Below, one piece after another: positions 42,554-53,253 of a DNA stretch of 64,000 nt; position 1 is the first letter of the stretch, and the number at the start of each line of letters is the position of its first letter. The position numbers and the translations under genes were made by a program. Source of the stretch: Nitrospirota bacterium (GTDB taxonomy: Bacteria > Nitrospirota > JACRHJ01); assembly GCA_963733375.1 (NCBI GenBank), contig CAVTDB010000002.1:1-64000 (forward strand), in the 5' to 3' direction. Below the pieces are notes generated by a model. The model was not told the origin of the DNA and ran no database searches. It saw only the letters and a program-made list of their open reading frames with translations.

Positions 42554-42585
42554 TTCTTCTAAAACCTCCTTATAAAATTAAGTTC

Positions 42586-42679
42586 GTTACTTTTCTTTCG
42601 AGAAAGAAAAGTAACCAAAAGAAAGCTGGGCTGTTTTAACCTGAAAGTTTTTGGCGTTACCTTTTTCCAAAAAGGTAAC
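42586..42679. repeat. Palindromic repeat family A, two copies
   Basis: GTTACTTTTCTTTC-ga-GAAAGAAAAGTAAC and AAAGTTTTTGGCGTTACCTTTTTCCAAAAAGGTAAC. Confidence 0.85.
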
Positions 42680-42707
42680 GGTTTACTCGCGAAAAGAGCC
42701 GTTCATA

Positions 42708-43268
42708 TTACCGTTCCCCAACCAGCCTGTCAAGTATAATCGCCGCCGCGGAACGCACCGGCAGGTGGTTATACCCCTTCCCGCCCCGGATGGGCGAGAG
42801 CCTGTAGTCGCAGCCAGCGATGAACTCTTCCGTCAGGCCCCAGCCCGTCCCGAAGGCTATGACGCATGGGCCGCTGTCTATAATTTCACGCGCCGCGTCG
42901 AAACTTATCGTGCCTCCGGCCCCCTGGCCTTCACGCGCGGCAGTTGCGATGACTTTCGGGACGGCCCCCGTCTTTCCCTTTATTTCCGCAAGCGCGTCGG
43001 ATAAATCCGGCACGACCTCTATCATCTGCAGGGCCTCGCCCCGGTTGGGGTTGTAACCCGCGCCGAAACCATGCGTCCAGTGCCGGATTATCTTCCCGGC
43101 CAGTTCCCTTTGCGCGGGCATCGGGTTTATTATGTAATATCCGGCCAGCCCGTATGTCTTCGCGACCCGCGCCATGTCGTGCAGGTCGAGGTTAGTTATC
43201 GCGGTTGACACTATCTCGCCGTTTTTGTTCCTGACGGGGTAGTGGAGCAGTGCAATGTATAAGTTCAA
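42708..43268 (-). CDS. SPOUT-type RNA methyltransferase (DUF2168-like)
   Basis: ALLHYPV.NK.G, TNLDLHDMAR, FGTGWGL, YNHLPVRSAAAIILDRL. Confidence 0.9.
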   Translation of the reverse strand: MNLYIALLHYPVRNKNGEIVSTAITNLDLHDMARVAKTYGLAGYYIINPMPAQRELAGKIIRHWTHGFGAGYNPNRGEALQMIEVVPDLSDALAEIKGKTGAVPKVIATAAREGQGAGGTISFDAAREIIDSGPCVIAFGTGWGLTEEFIAGCDYRLSPIRGGKGYNHLPVRSAAAIILDRLVGER

Positions 43269-43280
43269 AATTTATTCGCC

Positions 43281-43383
43281 GTCATTCCCGCGAAATGACT
43301 TGCCTGTCCAGAGCGACAGCGAAGACAGAAGGCGGGAATCCAGAGTTTTAAAATTCCTGGATACCCGTCTTCACGGGTATGAC
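43281..43383. repeat. REP-like element family B with nested 36-bp module
   Basis: GTCATTCCCGCGAA[36 bp]GGCGGGAATCCAG...CTGGATACCCGTCTTCACGGGTATGAC. Confidence 0.85.
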
Positions 43384-43404
43384 GAACACAATCTCCGCAG
43401 TTAA

Positions 43405-44154
43405 TTAATCCCTCGTTTTCCAGCAATCCTCAATTTCCAGTTCATCAATCAGCTTTTTATCTTCCGCCGTCAGCGTCGCCTTCTCTAAAAGGTCGGGCCG
43501 CTTGCTCATAGTGGCCCGGAGCGCCTCTTTGCGCCGCCAGCGGCGTATCTCGGCGTGGTTCCCGGAGAGGAGCACGTCCGGCACCTGTAGGCCCCGATAC
43601 TCCGCCGGGCGCGTATAGTGCGGGTAGTCCAGAAGGCCGTCGTAAAACGAATCGAGCCCCGCGGACTCCTCGTCCCCAAGCACCCCCGGGATTAACCTTG
43701 CCGTGGCCTCGATTACAGCGGCGGCGGCAATCTCTCCGCCGGAGAGGACGAAATCGCCTAAAGACAACTCCTCGTCCGCCAGCGACCGGACCCGCTCGTC
43801 AATCCCTTCGTAGCGTCCGCATATGAATATGAGCTTCCGCGTCTCTTTTGAAAGCTCCAGCGCCTTTTCGTGGTTGAACGCCGGCCCCTGGGGCGACATC
43901 AGCACAACTTTTACTGCCCCTGCTCCCTGCGCCGCCGCTTCCACCGCCTCGAACACGGGTTCCGGCTTCATCACCATGCCCGGCCCCCCGCCGAACGGGG
44001 CGTCGTCCGCCGTCTTGTGTCTATCTTTGGTGAAATCGCGGATGTCGGTTACTTTTATTTTTACAAGACCCTTTTCCGCCGCGCGCTTTAATATGCTGTC
44101 GCCGACCGCGGCTTCCACTATTTTAGGGAAAAGGGTAAGGACCTCGCAATTCAT
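43405..44154 (-). CDS. trmD: tRNA (guanine37-N1)-methyltransferase
   Basis: DDAPFGGGPGMVMKPEP, CGRYEGIDER, GDFVLSGGE, YPHYTRP, LLSGNH. Confidence 0.97.
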   Translation of the reverse strand: MNCEVLTLFPKIVEAAVGDSILKRAAEKGLVKIKVTDIRDFTKDRHKTADDAPFGGGPGMVMKPEPVFEAVEAAAQGAGAVKVVLMSPQGPAFNHEKALELSKETRKLIFICGRYEGIDERVRSLADEELSLGDFVLSGGEIAAAAVIEATARLIPGVLGDEESAGLDSFYDGLLDYPHYTRPAEYRGLQVPDVLLSGNHAEIRRWRRKEALRATMSKRPDLLEKATLTAEDKKLIDELEIEDCWKTRD

Positions 44155-44720
44155 TCGGGGATATAGCCCTTCATCGGGCGCAGTTTAATCTTCCCGCCTT
44201 TAACGTCTATTTCTTCCACCGTTTCGTCGGTAACGGGTATAAGGAACTCCTCGCGCCTGTCCCCCTTGGCCCCCTTGCCGCCTTCGACCCCCTGCCCGGT
44301 TACGACGTAGACGTCTTTTTCGCCCGCATCTATTATGTCGCTGACTTTTCCCAGCAACCTTCCGCGGCTGGTATAGACCTCTAGGCCCAGCACCTGGAAC
44401 TGGTAAAACTCGCCTTCGGGAAGGGGCGGCACGTCCGATTCCGGGACGAACAGCTCTTTACCCCGGAAACCTTCCGCCTTCTCGATAGAGTCTATTCCAT
44501 CGAAAAATACGGCGATGTCACGGCCAGCGGCCCTGCTGGCCCTTACCGTGAGCGGCAGGGCCTTCTCCGCCGGCCCGCCCGCCCAGACAGTTGCCCCTTC
44601 GGAGTAGCGGTCCGGGTTATCCGTGAGGGGCTTTATTTTAAGCTCCCCCTTCAGCCCGATAGTCTTCAGTACGATACCGACCAGGACCCGGGTTTCTATT
44701 CCAGTATCTCCAGGACGCAC
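44151..44720 (-). CDS. rimM: Ribosome maturation factor RimM (start uncertain)
   Basis: VG.V....GLKGELK, GEFY...LGL.V, DVYVV, LIP; position in operon. Confidence 0.9.
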   Translation of the reverse strand: MRPGDTGIETRVLVGIVLKTIGLKGELKIKPLTDNPDRYSEGATVWAGGPAEKALPLTVRASRAAGRDIAVFFDGIDSIEKAEGFRGKELFVPESDVPPLPEGEFYQFQVLGLEVYTSRGRLLGKVSDIIDAGEKDVYVVTGQGVEGGKGAKGDRREEFLIPVTDETVEEIDVKGGKIKLRPMKGYIPE

Positions 44721-44926
44721 CTTTTTCCAATCTTCGTACCAGCGGCGTTGAGGATGGTGCGCATGGCGCGGGCCGTCTTGCCCTCTTTGCCTATCACCTT
44801 CCCCAGGTCCGTCTGGGCGACCCTCAGCTCGATTACGGTGGTTTTCTCTCCCTCGACCTCGGCGACGCTGACTTGCTCCGGGTTATCGACCAGAGCCTTC
44901 GCGATGATCTCGATTAAGTCCTTCAT
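44696..44926 (-). CDS. khpA: KH-domain RNA-binding protein KhpA
   Basis: [28 protein letters not shown]. Confidence 0.93.
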   Translation of the reverse strand: MKDLIEIIAKALVDNPEQVSVAEVEGEKTTVIELRVAQTDLGKVIGKEGKTARAMRTILNAAGTKIGKRCVLEILE

Positions 44927-44977
44927 ATCCCACCTCCGCTGGTAGTGGCCGTGTCGTCAGATCGCAGTCCTTTTTCT

Positions 44978-45248
44978 TTAGGAAGCCTTGGGAGTATCTT
45001 CGGACTTCAGGATTCCGGATTGCTTTATGAGCGATTTCGCCGTATCCGAGGGAGTCGCGCCTTTAGCAAGCCACGATACGATCTTCTCACGGTCAAGCTC
45101 GATTAAAGCCGGCTTGACCAGAGGGTCGTACGTGCCGAGTATGTCCAGGAAGCGCCCGTCGCGCGGAGCAGCGCGAGTCCGCGGCCACCATCCTGTAAAA
45201 CGGCGCCTTGTGAGTCCCTTTACGCGTGAGCCTAATTCTTACCGCCAT
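44978..45248 (-). CDS. rpsP: 30S ribosomal protein S16; frameshift near 45170
   Basis: MAVRIRLTRKG....PFYRMVAADSR / PRDGRFLDILGTYDP...WLAKGATPSDT. Confidence 0.92.
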
Positions 45249-45274
45249 CCAAATCACCTCCTGAGTTAAAAATA

Positions 45275-46603
45275 CTACCCGAACATCCCCCTGCCAAGAC
45301 GGAGTTTTCCGCCGGGGCGGGAGAGCATCTTCATCATCTTGCGGGTCTCCGCGAACTGCTTTAATAGCCGGTTCACTTCCTGCACCTGCGTCCCGCTTCC
45401 CTTTGCTATGCGTTTTCGCCTGTTGCCGTTGATTAAATTCGCGTTCCTGCGCTCTTTTGCCGTCATCGAGTTTATTATGCCGACGATGCGGTCCACCTCG
45501 CGGTCGTCCACGTTAGCCATCGCGCTTTTGAATTTGCCCAGCCCGGGTATCATACCCATGAGCTGGTCTAGCGGCCCCAGCTTTTTTACCTGCAGCAACT
45601 GTACCCGGAAGTCCTCCAGCGTGAATTCACCCTGGCGGAGCTTCGATTCCAGGTCCTTGGCTTCCTCTACGGTTACTTCCTGCTGCGCCTTTTCAATGAG
45701 CGAGAGGACGTCTCCCATCCCGAGTATCCGGGAGGCCACCCTGTCCGGGTAGAACGGCTCCAGGGCGTCGAGCTTCTCGCCCATGCCCACGAACTTTATT
45801 GGCCGGCCGGTAACCGCGCGTATCGAAAGGGCCGCGCCGCCTCTGGCGTCGCCGTCCATCTTGGTCAGGATAACGCCAGTAAGCGAGAGCTTCTCGTCGA
45901 AGGCGGACGCCGCCTTCACCGCGTCCTGGCCGGTCATGGAGTCCGCGACGAACAGCACTTCGTCCGGGACCACCGCCGCCTTGACGTGGATTAGCTGGTC
46001 CATCAGGGCTTCGTCTATATGCAGACGCCCTGCGGTATCCATTATTACCACGCCGAACGCGCCGCTTCTTGCCCTGTCCAGCCCCCGCTTGCAGACGGAG
46101 ACCGGGTCCTCGCCCGGCTGGGACTCCTCGACCTCTACCCCGAGCTGGCGTCCAAGGGTGACCAGCTGGTCGATAGCCGCCGGCCTCTGGGTATCCGCCG
46201 CGACAAGCAGGGTTTTTCGGCCGTCCTTCTTGAACATCCGCGCGAGCTTGCCGGTGGTGGTGGTCTTGCCGGAGCCCTGAAGGCCCACCATCATCACCAC
46301 CGTCGGCCTGTTCGGGACGAGCTGTATGCGGGTAACCGTCTCGCCCATCATCGTTACCAGCTCGTCGTAAACTATCTTTACGACCTGCTGGCCGGGGGAG
46401 AGGCTCTCCAGCACACCCGCGCCTACCGCCTTCACGCGGACGGACTCGACGAACTCCTTGACAACCTTGAAATTAACGTCCGCTTCGAGCAGGGCCATCC
46501 GTACTTCGCGGAGCGCTTCCGATACGTCCGCCTCGGTCAGGAACCCCCTGCCCTTCAGCTTTTTAAATACATTTTCGAGTTTTTCGGAAAGACTCTCAAA
46601 CAT
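45275..46603 (-). CDS. ffh: Signal recognition particle protein
   Basis: GLQGSGKTTT, DTAGR, TKMDGDARGGAALS, RILGMGD, RIAKGSG. Confidence 0.98.
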   Translation of the reverse strand: MFESLSEKLENVFKKLKGRGFLTEADVSEALREVRMALLEADVNFKVVKEFVESVRVKAVGAGVLESLSPGQQVVKIVYDELVTMMGETVTRIQLVPNRPTVVMMVGLQGSGKTTTTGKLARMFKKDGRKTLLVAADTQRPAAIDQLVTLGRQLGVEVEESQPGEDPVSVCKRGLDRARSGAFGVVIMDTAGRLHIDEALMDQLIHVKAAVVPDEVLFVADSMTGQDAVKAASAFDEKLSLTGVILTKMDGDARGGAALSIRAVTGRPIKFVGMGEKLDALEPFYPDRVASRILGMGDVLSLIEKAQQEVTVEEAKDLESKLRQGEFTLEDFRVQLLQVKKLGPLDQLMGMIPGLGKFKSAMANVDDREVDRIVGIINSMTAKERRNANLINGNRRKRIAKGSGTQVQEVNRLLKQFAETRKMMKMLSRPGGKLRLGRGMFG

Positions 46604-46854
46604 CCGTAATCACCTGAACTTAAGTATTATATCACTCTTGCGCACACGCCGCAAAAGGGCGCACGAAGCCCTTTACCCCTGATACGGGAAAAATGGATTT
46701 TATTAGAGCACGGGGGAAATGTCAAGGAGATAATGGAAAACGCCGGCCGGCATATCCTTAATATACACGATGCCTGTTTTTTTATTCTTGACTGGGGGCC
46801 CTCATATGGGGCAACATCTAATTCTCATGAAATAACCGCAAAAGACGTCCAATT

Positions 46855-48115
46855 ATGTTTATGTCCGGCATTACAAAAAGGATCACCGATCTCCCGCTAA
46901 GCCTCTTCGGACGCACGGCTTTCCGCTCCCTTTACAGGAACAAGATGCGGAGCTCGCTGTCTGCAATCGGGATTGCCGTCGGCATCGCCGCCGTAGTCTG
47001 CGTGGTCGCCATCGGCTCGGCCGGCTCGCAGCAAGCCGAACAGCAGCTCCAGAACCTGGGGGATAACCTCATATGGATCGAGGCGGGCTCCCGGAACGTG
47101 AACGGGGTGCGCTCCGGCAGCTCACGGGATGACTTCCCTTAACATGGAAGACGTGGAGGCAATCGCAAGCCAGATACCGCTAATCAAAAGCGTTTCCCCG
47201 AATGTGGACGGGACCGTGGGCATCATCGCGGGAGACAAGAACTGGACCACGCATTACCGAGGCGTCACCCCGGAATACTTTGATATAAAGCGTTGGCCGG
47301 TTGCGGAAGGGGCGCCGTTCACGGACTCGGACGTCTTGCATAGCGCCAATGTCGTCCTGCTCGGACAAACGGCGCGTGAGGAGCTTTTCGGGGCGGACGA
47401 CCCGGTCGGCCGGCATGTCCGGATAAATAAAATGTTATTCACGGTAGTCGGCGTGCTGTCCGTGAAGGGCCAGACAAGCACCGGGCAGGACCAGGACGAC
47501 GCCGTCATCATGCCCTATACCACGGTGCAGAGGAAACTGCGGGGCCAGGGTTTCACCTGGCTGGACGACATCTTTTGTTCGGCAGTCTCAAGAGAAGACG
47601 CCGAACCGGCTATTGACCGCATTACCGCCCTGCTTCGCCAGCGGCATCACATCCAGCCAGGCCAAGCGGACGACTTCAACATCCGCCACCCGGACGAGAC
47701 GATAAAGGCCCTGCTTGCCGCCAAACAGACTCTCGAAATGTTCCTAATCAGCGTCGCTTCGATTGCGCTTCTTGTCGGCGGTATAGGCATCATGAACGTG
47801 ATGCTTGCGTCGGTGGCCGAGCGGACGCGGGAAATCGGCATACGCCTCTCCGTCGGGGCCACGACACGCGATATACAGATTCAGTTCCTGGCGGAGGCAG
47901 TCATGCTGGGCCTGTTCGGCGGCCTGGTCGGAGTCCTGGCAGGTGTCGCGGGCTCTTTCATCTTGGGATATGTCTTCGGATGGGCCATGTCCATCCCCCC
48001 GGAAGCCTTGATAGTCGCACCACTATTCGCAATCGGAGTCGGCGTCTCCTCCGGCTTCTACCCCGCCTGGAAGGCGTCTCAGCTCGACCCGATTACCGCC
48101 CTGCGGCTGGAGTGA
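46855..48115 (+). CDS. MacB/FtsX-family ABC permease; frameshift near 47120
   Basis: NKMRSSLSAIGIAVG, VGGIGIMNVML.SV.ERTREIGIR, YPAWKASQLDPI.ALR.E. Confidence 0.9.
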
Positions 48116-48123
48116 ATAGACTG

Positions 48124-49068
48124 CTACCCGCCAACAATCGCTTTGAACTCCGGGTCGGTGCGGTAAGCCTCAAACGTATGTACGGTGCTAAGAATTTGTT
48201 TAAGCTCAGGTTTTTCCGCAACCAATGTCCTGACCAGTGCGAGCATCTTGTCTCGCTCGCCGAGCAATGCGTATGCCCCGGCGGCGAAGTCGTCCTTGTC
48301 GTCTTCTTTAAGAAGGTTGTTCAGGATTGCCCTCGCTTTGTCCGCATCGCCTGATCCATTTCTCTTTTGACGAGCACGGGCAATATTTAATCTCAAAGGG
48401 CGGTTTTCAGGTTCAAGTTCCAACAATTTCTCATAGCATTCAACGGCGTCAGCACTGTCGCCGCCCAAGCCGCATATGCGTATTGCCTCTTCGTGTTTGC
48501 CGAGTTTGCTAAGCGCGAAGCCCTTCTTGAAGTATGCGGCCGCATTTTTCGAATCGAGCGCGAGGCCCTTGTCGTATTCGGCGATTGCCTCCTCATATTT
48601 GCCCTGTTCACCGAGGCGGTTGCCCTCCAGTAAGTGTTCGATTGCTTTAGATTTTTCTTCGGATGATTTGGCTTCTTTCGCCGAGGCTTCTGCTTCTTCA
48701 CGGATTCGCCTAATCCGGTCGTACTCGTCCCTGGCCATCGATAGTAATTCCTTCGCTTCTTTGTCAGTTCTCCCTACTTTTACAATTGAATACGCATTGA
48801 GCAAGGTCAATACTGCAATAATCCCAAGTATGATAGTCCAGTCGCGTTCCGAAGAGTCGTGATATTGAGTTGCAATTGTCTTATAGAAATCAGTTTCACG
48901 CCGCGTTTGAGAAAGATTTGAATCCATAGTTCTATTAATCCGCTCTTCAAACGCTTTGAGGTCGTCTCTGTTAATAGGCGCAGGTTCTTTTGCTAATGCA
49001 CTATGCGCGTAGTGAAGTGCGAAGACCATAACAAAAAACACCGCGAACAAAATGCCGAGCTTCTTCAT
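48124..49068 (-). CDS. Membrane-anchored coiled-coil TPR protein
   Basis: Signal peptide, TM segment, coiled coil, TPR GKYEEAIAEYDKGLALD. Confidence 0.75.
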   Translation of the reverse strand: MKKLGILFAVFFVMVFALHYAHSALAKEPAPINRDDLKAFEERINRTMDSNLSQTRRETDFYKTIATQYHDSSERDWTIILGIIAVLTLLNAYSIVKVGRTDKEAKELLSMARDEYDRIRRIREEAEASAKEAKSSEEKSKAIEHLLEGNRLGEQGKYEEAIAEYDKGLALDSKNAAAYFKKGFALSKLGKHEEAIRICGLGGDSADAVECYEKLLELEPENRPLRLNIARARQKRNGSGDADKARAILNNLLKEDDKDDFAAGAYALLGERDKMLALVRTLVAEKPELKQILSTVHTFEAYRTDPEFKAIVGG

Positions 49069-49166
49069 CCTTCTCCTTATAAGCGTGACAAAGGGAAATT
49101 TGTTTTGCCTGATACTACTCGCACGAATATTGCGATGTCAAGAAAAACGCGGGGCATAAAAAGGAC

Positions 49167-49203
49167 TTGAAATATTTCTCTGTGAGACATATAATTTGTA
49201 TGT
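49167..49203 (+). promoter_or_regulatory. vapBC promoter with short inverted repeat
   Basis: TTGAAA-17 nt-TATAAT; ACATA-N7-TATGT overlapping -10. Confidence 0.6.
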
Positions 49204-49216
49204 ATGGAGAATACAT

Positions 49217-49435
49217 ATGAAAACAACTCTAAACATACCGGATGAACTGCTGGACGAGATAAAATCGGTTTTCGGGGCCAGGTTTAGGACGGACGTGGTT
49301 TGCGACGCCCTGGAACAATACCTGATGCAAAAACGCCGGGAGAACCTCCTTGGTCTTAAGGGTAAACTGTCTCTGGCGGATTTCACGGAAGAACTTGAGG
49401 CGGCGGAACTGAAGGAAGATAAGTGGACCCGGTAA
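49217..49435 (+). CDS. vapB: Type II antitoxin, VapB-like
   Basis: MKTTLNIPDELL...V..AL..Y; overlaps downstream PIN toxin. Confidence 0.8.
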   Translation: MKTTLNIPDELLDEIKSVFGARFRTDVVCDALEQYLMQKRRENLLGLKGKLSLADFTEELEAAELKEDKWTR

Positions 49436-49804
49436 TAATAGACAGTCTCCATCTGGATAGAGTTCTTCAATAAAGACACGGAAATTTCCCGGAAAGCGGC
49501 GGGTCTTATAGAGGATGGCAGGGCCACCATCGCCGGGCCAATTTTATACGAGGTCTTGCAGGGCACGCGCTCGAAGGATGAGCAGGAGGTCGTACTCTCC
49601 GCGCTCCTCGGGGTAACGATGGTGGCGATAAATACCCAGCTTTGGATAAAGGCGGCGGAAATTTCCTCGGCCCTCAGGAAAAGAGGAATTACCATACCGA
49701 TGTCGGACATAGTTATTGCCGCCGCCGCGATCGAGCGCGGTTATTCGGTGTTCACCTCCGATGCGCATTTCAAGAAGGTGCCCGGGGTAAAACTGGTCCA
49801 CTAA
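49423..49804 (+). CDS. vapC: PIN-domain toxin VapC; frameshift near 49445
   Basis: VIID/SIWIEFF, ILYEVLQG, IPMSDIVIAAAA, FTSDAHF. Confidence 0.85.
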
Positions 49805-50170
49805 TTCCGCTCTTAATAGCTCTTCCTGCTCCGCGCGCCAACTCATCATTTCTTAATGCCAATCCACATATAAATGGCTTATCCGGCGAATTTCGGCGGG
49901 TATCGAAAAACGGCCAATTTAACCGCTTTTGACGCTGTTTTAGGGGGTAAGGGAGGGGTTTTGGAGGCACCCATTTTAAAGTGGACGTGAACGGATTAAA
50001 CCTTATTTTGCTAATAGTTACATTAAATATTTACCCATTTTCGCGGGACGAAAAAATCACTCGACCATTTTTGCAACTGATTGAAATCTAAGTACTTTTT
50101 TTCGCGGTTTCGCCGGGTTTCCCTATCCCTGCGCCATATAATAAGCAACTATTTATTTGAGGCGGAAAAT

Positions 50171-50854
50171 TTATTCCGCCCGTATCCCCTTCACCTGGTC
50201 CTTGAACTGTTTTATCGTCTTTTTATAATCACTTGTACCGAAAACCGCGCTCCCGGCGACAAGGATGTCCGCGCCGGATTCGGCCACTTCCTTTGCGTTT
50301 CCTATCTTTATCCCGCCGTCCACTTCCAGGACCACGTCCATGCCCCGCATGTCTATCTCCACCCGCGCGCCGGATATTTTCTCCATGCAATTCGGGATGA
50401 ACTCCTGCCCGCCGAAGCCCGGATTTACGGACATGATAAGCAGTAAATCCATGTACTCCCATACCCAGTCCAGGTCGCAAAGCGGAGTCGAAGGATTGAG
50501 CGCGACCCCGGCCTTCACACCCTGCTCGCTTATCAGGGCAAGCGTGCGGTTCAAATGTATGGACGCCTCCGAGTGGACCGTCAGGTAATCCGCGCCCGCA
50601 TGCGCGAATTCATGAATGAATTTCTCCGGTTCCACTATCATCAGGTGCACGTCTATCGGGAGCGAAGTCGCCTTCCTGACCGCCTGCACGACCTTCGGCC
50701 CGATGGTAATATTCGGCACGAACCGCCCGTCCATGACGTCCACGTGAATGATGTCCGCGCCCGCCTTCTCTACCGCTTTTATCTCCTCCTCCAGCCTGCC
50801 GAAATCCGACGACAGTATGGACGGCGCAATACTTACCATCTCATCCCCTCCCAT
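50171..50854 (-). CDS. rpe: Ribulose-phosphate 3-epimerase
   Basis: IAPSILS, HVDVMDG.FVPNITIG, MSVNPGFGGQ, VDGGI. Confidence 0.97.
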   Translation of the reverse strand: MGGDEMVSIAPSILSSDFGRLEEEIKAVEKAGADIIHVDVMDGRFVPNITIGPKVVQAVRKATSLPIDVHLMIVEPEKFIHEFAHAGADYLTVHSEASIHLNRTLALISEQGVKAGVALNPSTPLCDLDWVWEYMDLLLIMSVNPGFGGQEFIPNCMEKISGARVEIDMRGMDVVLEVDGGIKIGNAKEVAESGADILVAGSAVFGTSDYKKTIKQFKDQVKGIRAE

Positions 50855-50873
50855 GATTTAAGACCGTACTCGT

Positions 50874-51800
50874 TTACTTGCCCATCGGGTTTATAACATG
50901 TTTTAACGGTTGCTTCGCCTCAGACTTATCCTTTTTCGGTGCGGACTTATCCTGTTTCGGCGGCTTTAGCCCGGGGATGTCAATTTTTTTTTTAGCCTGC
51001 TGAGGGACCGGCGAAATATCCTGCTGCGGCGGCTTCAGTCCGGGGCTTTTATTTTTTTTAGCCTGCTGAGGAAACGGCGAAATGTCCTGCTTCGGGGGAG
51101 CCGGTTCCCCAAGCGCAACGATAACCTGCCCGTTCGCCGGAAGCTGATATCCGGCCTTCGGCCCCTGGGTTGCGATAACACCGCCCCTTCCGGAATACAA
51201 TATTTTGCCGCCCATCGGCCTCACCGCGTCACCGGCCTGCGGGAGAGTCATGCCCTTCAGGTCCGGCGTAACGTACCTGGTCCCCTTGCCGCCAGCGCTC
51301 ACCAGTATGTCCACCTCGGAGCCCTTCTGCAGCACGGTACCCTGCGCGGGAGACTGAAGGATTACCGTCTCGGCGGGCGACGGCGAGTTCACCCGCGCCA
51401 CCTCTCCCAGTTCGAGCCCAGCCGACTTAAGCGTAACCTGGGCAAGCCGGAATACCTTGTCCGTCACCGGGGGCACGGCCACCTCTTCCGAGCCCAGGCT
51501 TACGACGACCATGACGTTCCTGCCGCCCTTTACGCGCTCGCCGGGCGCGGGGCTCTGGCCGATGATATAGTTCTCGGGCACCGTGGGGTGGTGCTCCTGC
51601 CGCTCCACTTTTATGTCCAGGCCGGAGTTCCTTATCTGGTTTATCGCGGCCGTCAGCTCCTTGCCGCGCACGTCCGGGACGGTGATGGTATGGCCCCAGG
51701 TAAAGGCGTTCATGGTTATGACCGCCGAGGCCATCGCCAGGCCCAGAAACACCAGTACGATAAGGAGCATCTGAAAGAATTTTTTAACCGTTACCGGCAT
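50874..51800 (-). CDS. PASTA-domain membrane protein with Pro/Lys repeat tail
   Basis: TM anchor; VPDVRGK, I..QSP.PG repeated; tail PP(K/Q)QD(I/K)S x3. Confidence 0.85.
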   Translation of the reverse strand: MPVTVKKFFQMLLIVLVFLGLAMASAVITMNAFTWGHTITVPDVRGKELTAAINQIRNSGLDIKVERQEHHPTVPENYIIGQSPAPGERVKGGRNVMVVVSLGSEEVAVPPVTDKVFRLAQVTLKSAGLELGEVARVNSPSPAETVILQSPAQGTVLQKGSEVDILVSAGGKGTRYVTPDLKGMTLPQAGDAVRPMGGKILYSGRGGVIATQGPKAGYQLPANGQVIVALGEPAPPKQDISPFPQQAKKNKSPGLKPPQQDISPVPQQAKKKIDIPGLKPPKQDKSAPKKDKSEAKQPLKHVINPMGK

Positions 51801-53253
51801 ACCATCCTTGCCATGAAGAACCCGTCCGTCCCGTGCAGATGCGGGAAGGTCCGGATAAATTTATTTTTCACAAGTCCGCGCGCCGCCTCCGGCAAAAGCG
51901 GCAGCGGGTCGTCAAGTTCAAACTCCGGATGGAGAGAGAGGAATTTTTCCATGACGCCTTCGCCTTCCTCCGGCTCCGTCGAGCATACGGAATAAACCAG
52001 CGCGCCGCCAGGCGCCACAAGGCCGGAAACATTCTCCAGCATCGAAAGCTGAAGGCGCGCCATCCGCGCTATATCCGCGGGCTTCCTTAAGTACTTTATC
52101 TCCGGCCGCCGCCGGATGATGCCGAGTGCGGTGCAGGGCGCGTCCAAAAGGACCCGGTCGAACTTTATTTTAAACGGCAGAGGCCCCGCCGCGTCCGCTG
52201 CGACGGGAAAGATATTCCCGATTTTCATGCGCAGACTATTTTCTTTCAGAAGCTTGATTTTGTCAAGGGAGATATCCATGGAGACGATATGCGCCAGGCC
52301 GCCGGAGATGGAGGAGAGGTGCGCGCTTTTGCCGCCCGGCGCGGCGCAGGCGTCCAGCACGAACTCGCCCGGCTTCGGGTCTGCAAGAAGCGATACGAGC
52401 TGGGCCGCCTCGTCCTGCACTGAGAACAGCCCTTCGTCATATCCCGGAAGCTCCGGGACGGGCCCGTGCGAGTTCACGATAAGCGCGTCCGGCGCATACT
52501 TGCCAGGCGCGGTTTCCAGCCCCTCTTTATTGAAAAGCCCGGCGAGCGTGTCCCTGTCCACCCGGGGCCTATTCGCCCTGAGGACGAGCGGCGGCCTGCC
52601 GTTCCCGGCCTCCATCAGGGCCATTGCGCCATCGAAACCGAACCGCTCTGCCCACCGCTTCACAAGCCATGCGAGGATACGAGAACTTCAGGGACAGGTA
52701 GTCGAGAGGTTTATTCTCCGGGTCGGGGAATTTTACTTTCCCGGGCTCCCGGAGCATATTCCGGAGCACGGCATTCACGAAGCCGCCCGGCCCCCGCCAC
52801 TGCCCACCCTCTGCCCCCCTGCCCCCCTGCCCGCCGATTTTTTGGCCTGTTTTACCGCCTCGTCCACCGCCGCGCGCGCCGGAATTTTATCAAGGTACAA
52901 AAGCTGGTACGCCGCGAGCCGGAGGATATTTTTCAGTTCCGGCTGGACTTTCCGGGGTTCCTTTATATAGAACGAAAGCGAGTGGTCGAGCGAGATAAGG
53001 TTCCGTATGACGCCGTAAACAAGCTCGGTCTGAAGGCGCCTGTCCCGGTGGTCGAGGGAATATTTATGGAAAGATTGCTGCAGGAGGACTTCCGCGCGGG
53101 ATGACGCCCGTCGAAGGGAGATAAAACGATGCAAGCGAGACGGACAGGACGTATAACGCGGCGTCCCTCGCGCACGGAGACGTTGTCTCTTTCTCCCGCC
53201 TCGGGAGGTGTTACGGGTGGGGGCTTATCCTCCTTACAAGAATTCTTACGCAT
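51791..53253 (-). CDS. rsmB: 16S rRNA m5C967 methyltransferase RsmB; frameshifted, start approximate
   Basis: TELVYGVIR, LRLAAYQLLYLDKIP, VQDEAAQL, DACAAPGGK, LDAPC, VYSVCS..PEE, DGFF. Confidence 0.9.

Noticed and set aside
49810-50165. Possible tRNA, att site or IS end next to vapBC
   Set aside because: No cloverleaf, terminal inverted repeat or flanking direct repeat could be identified.
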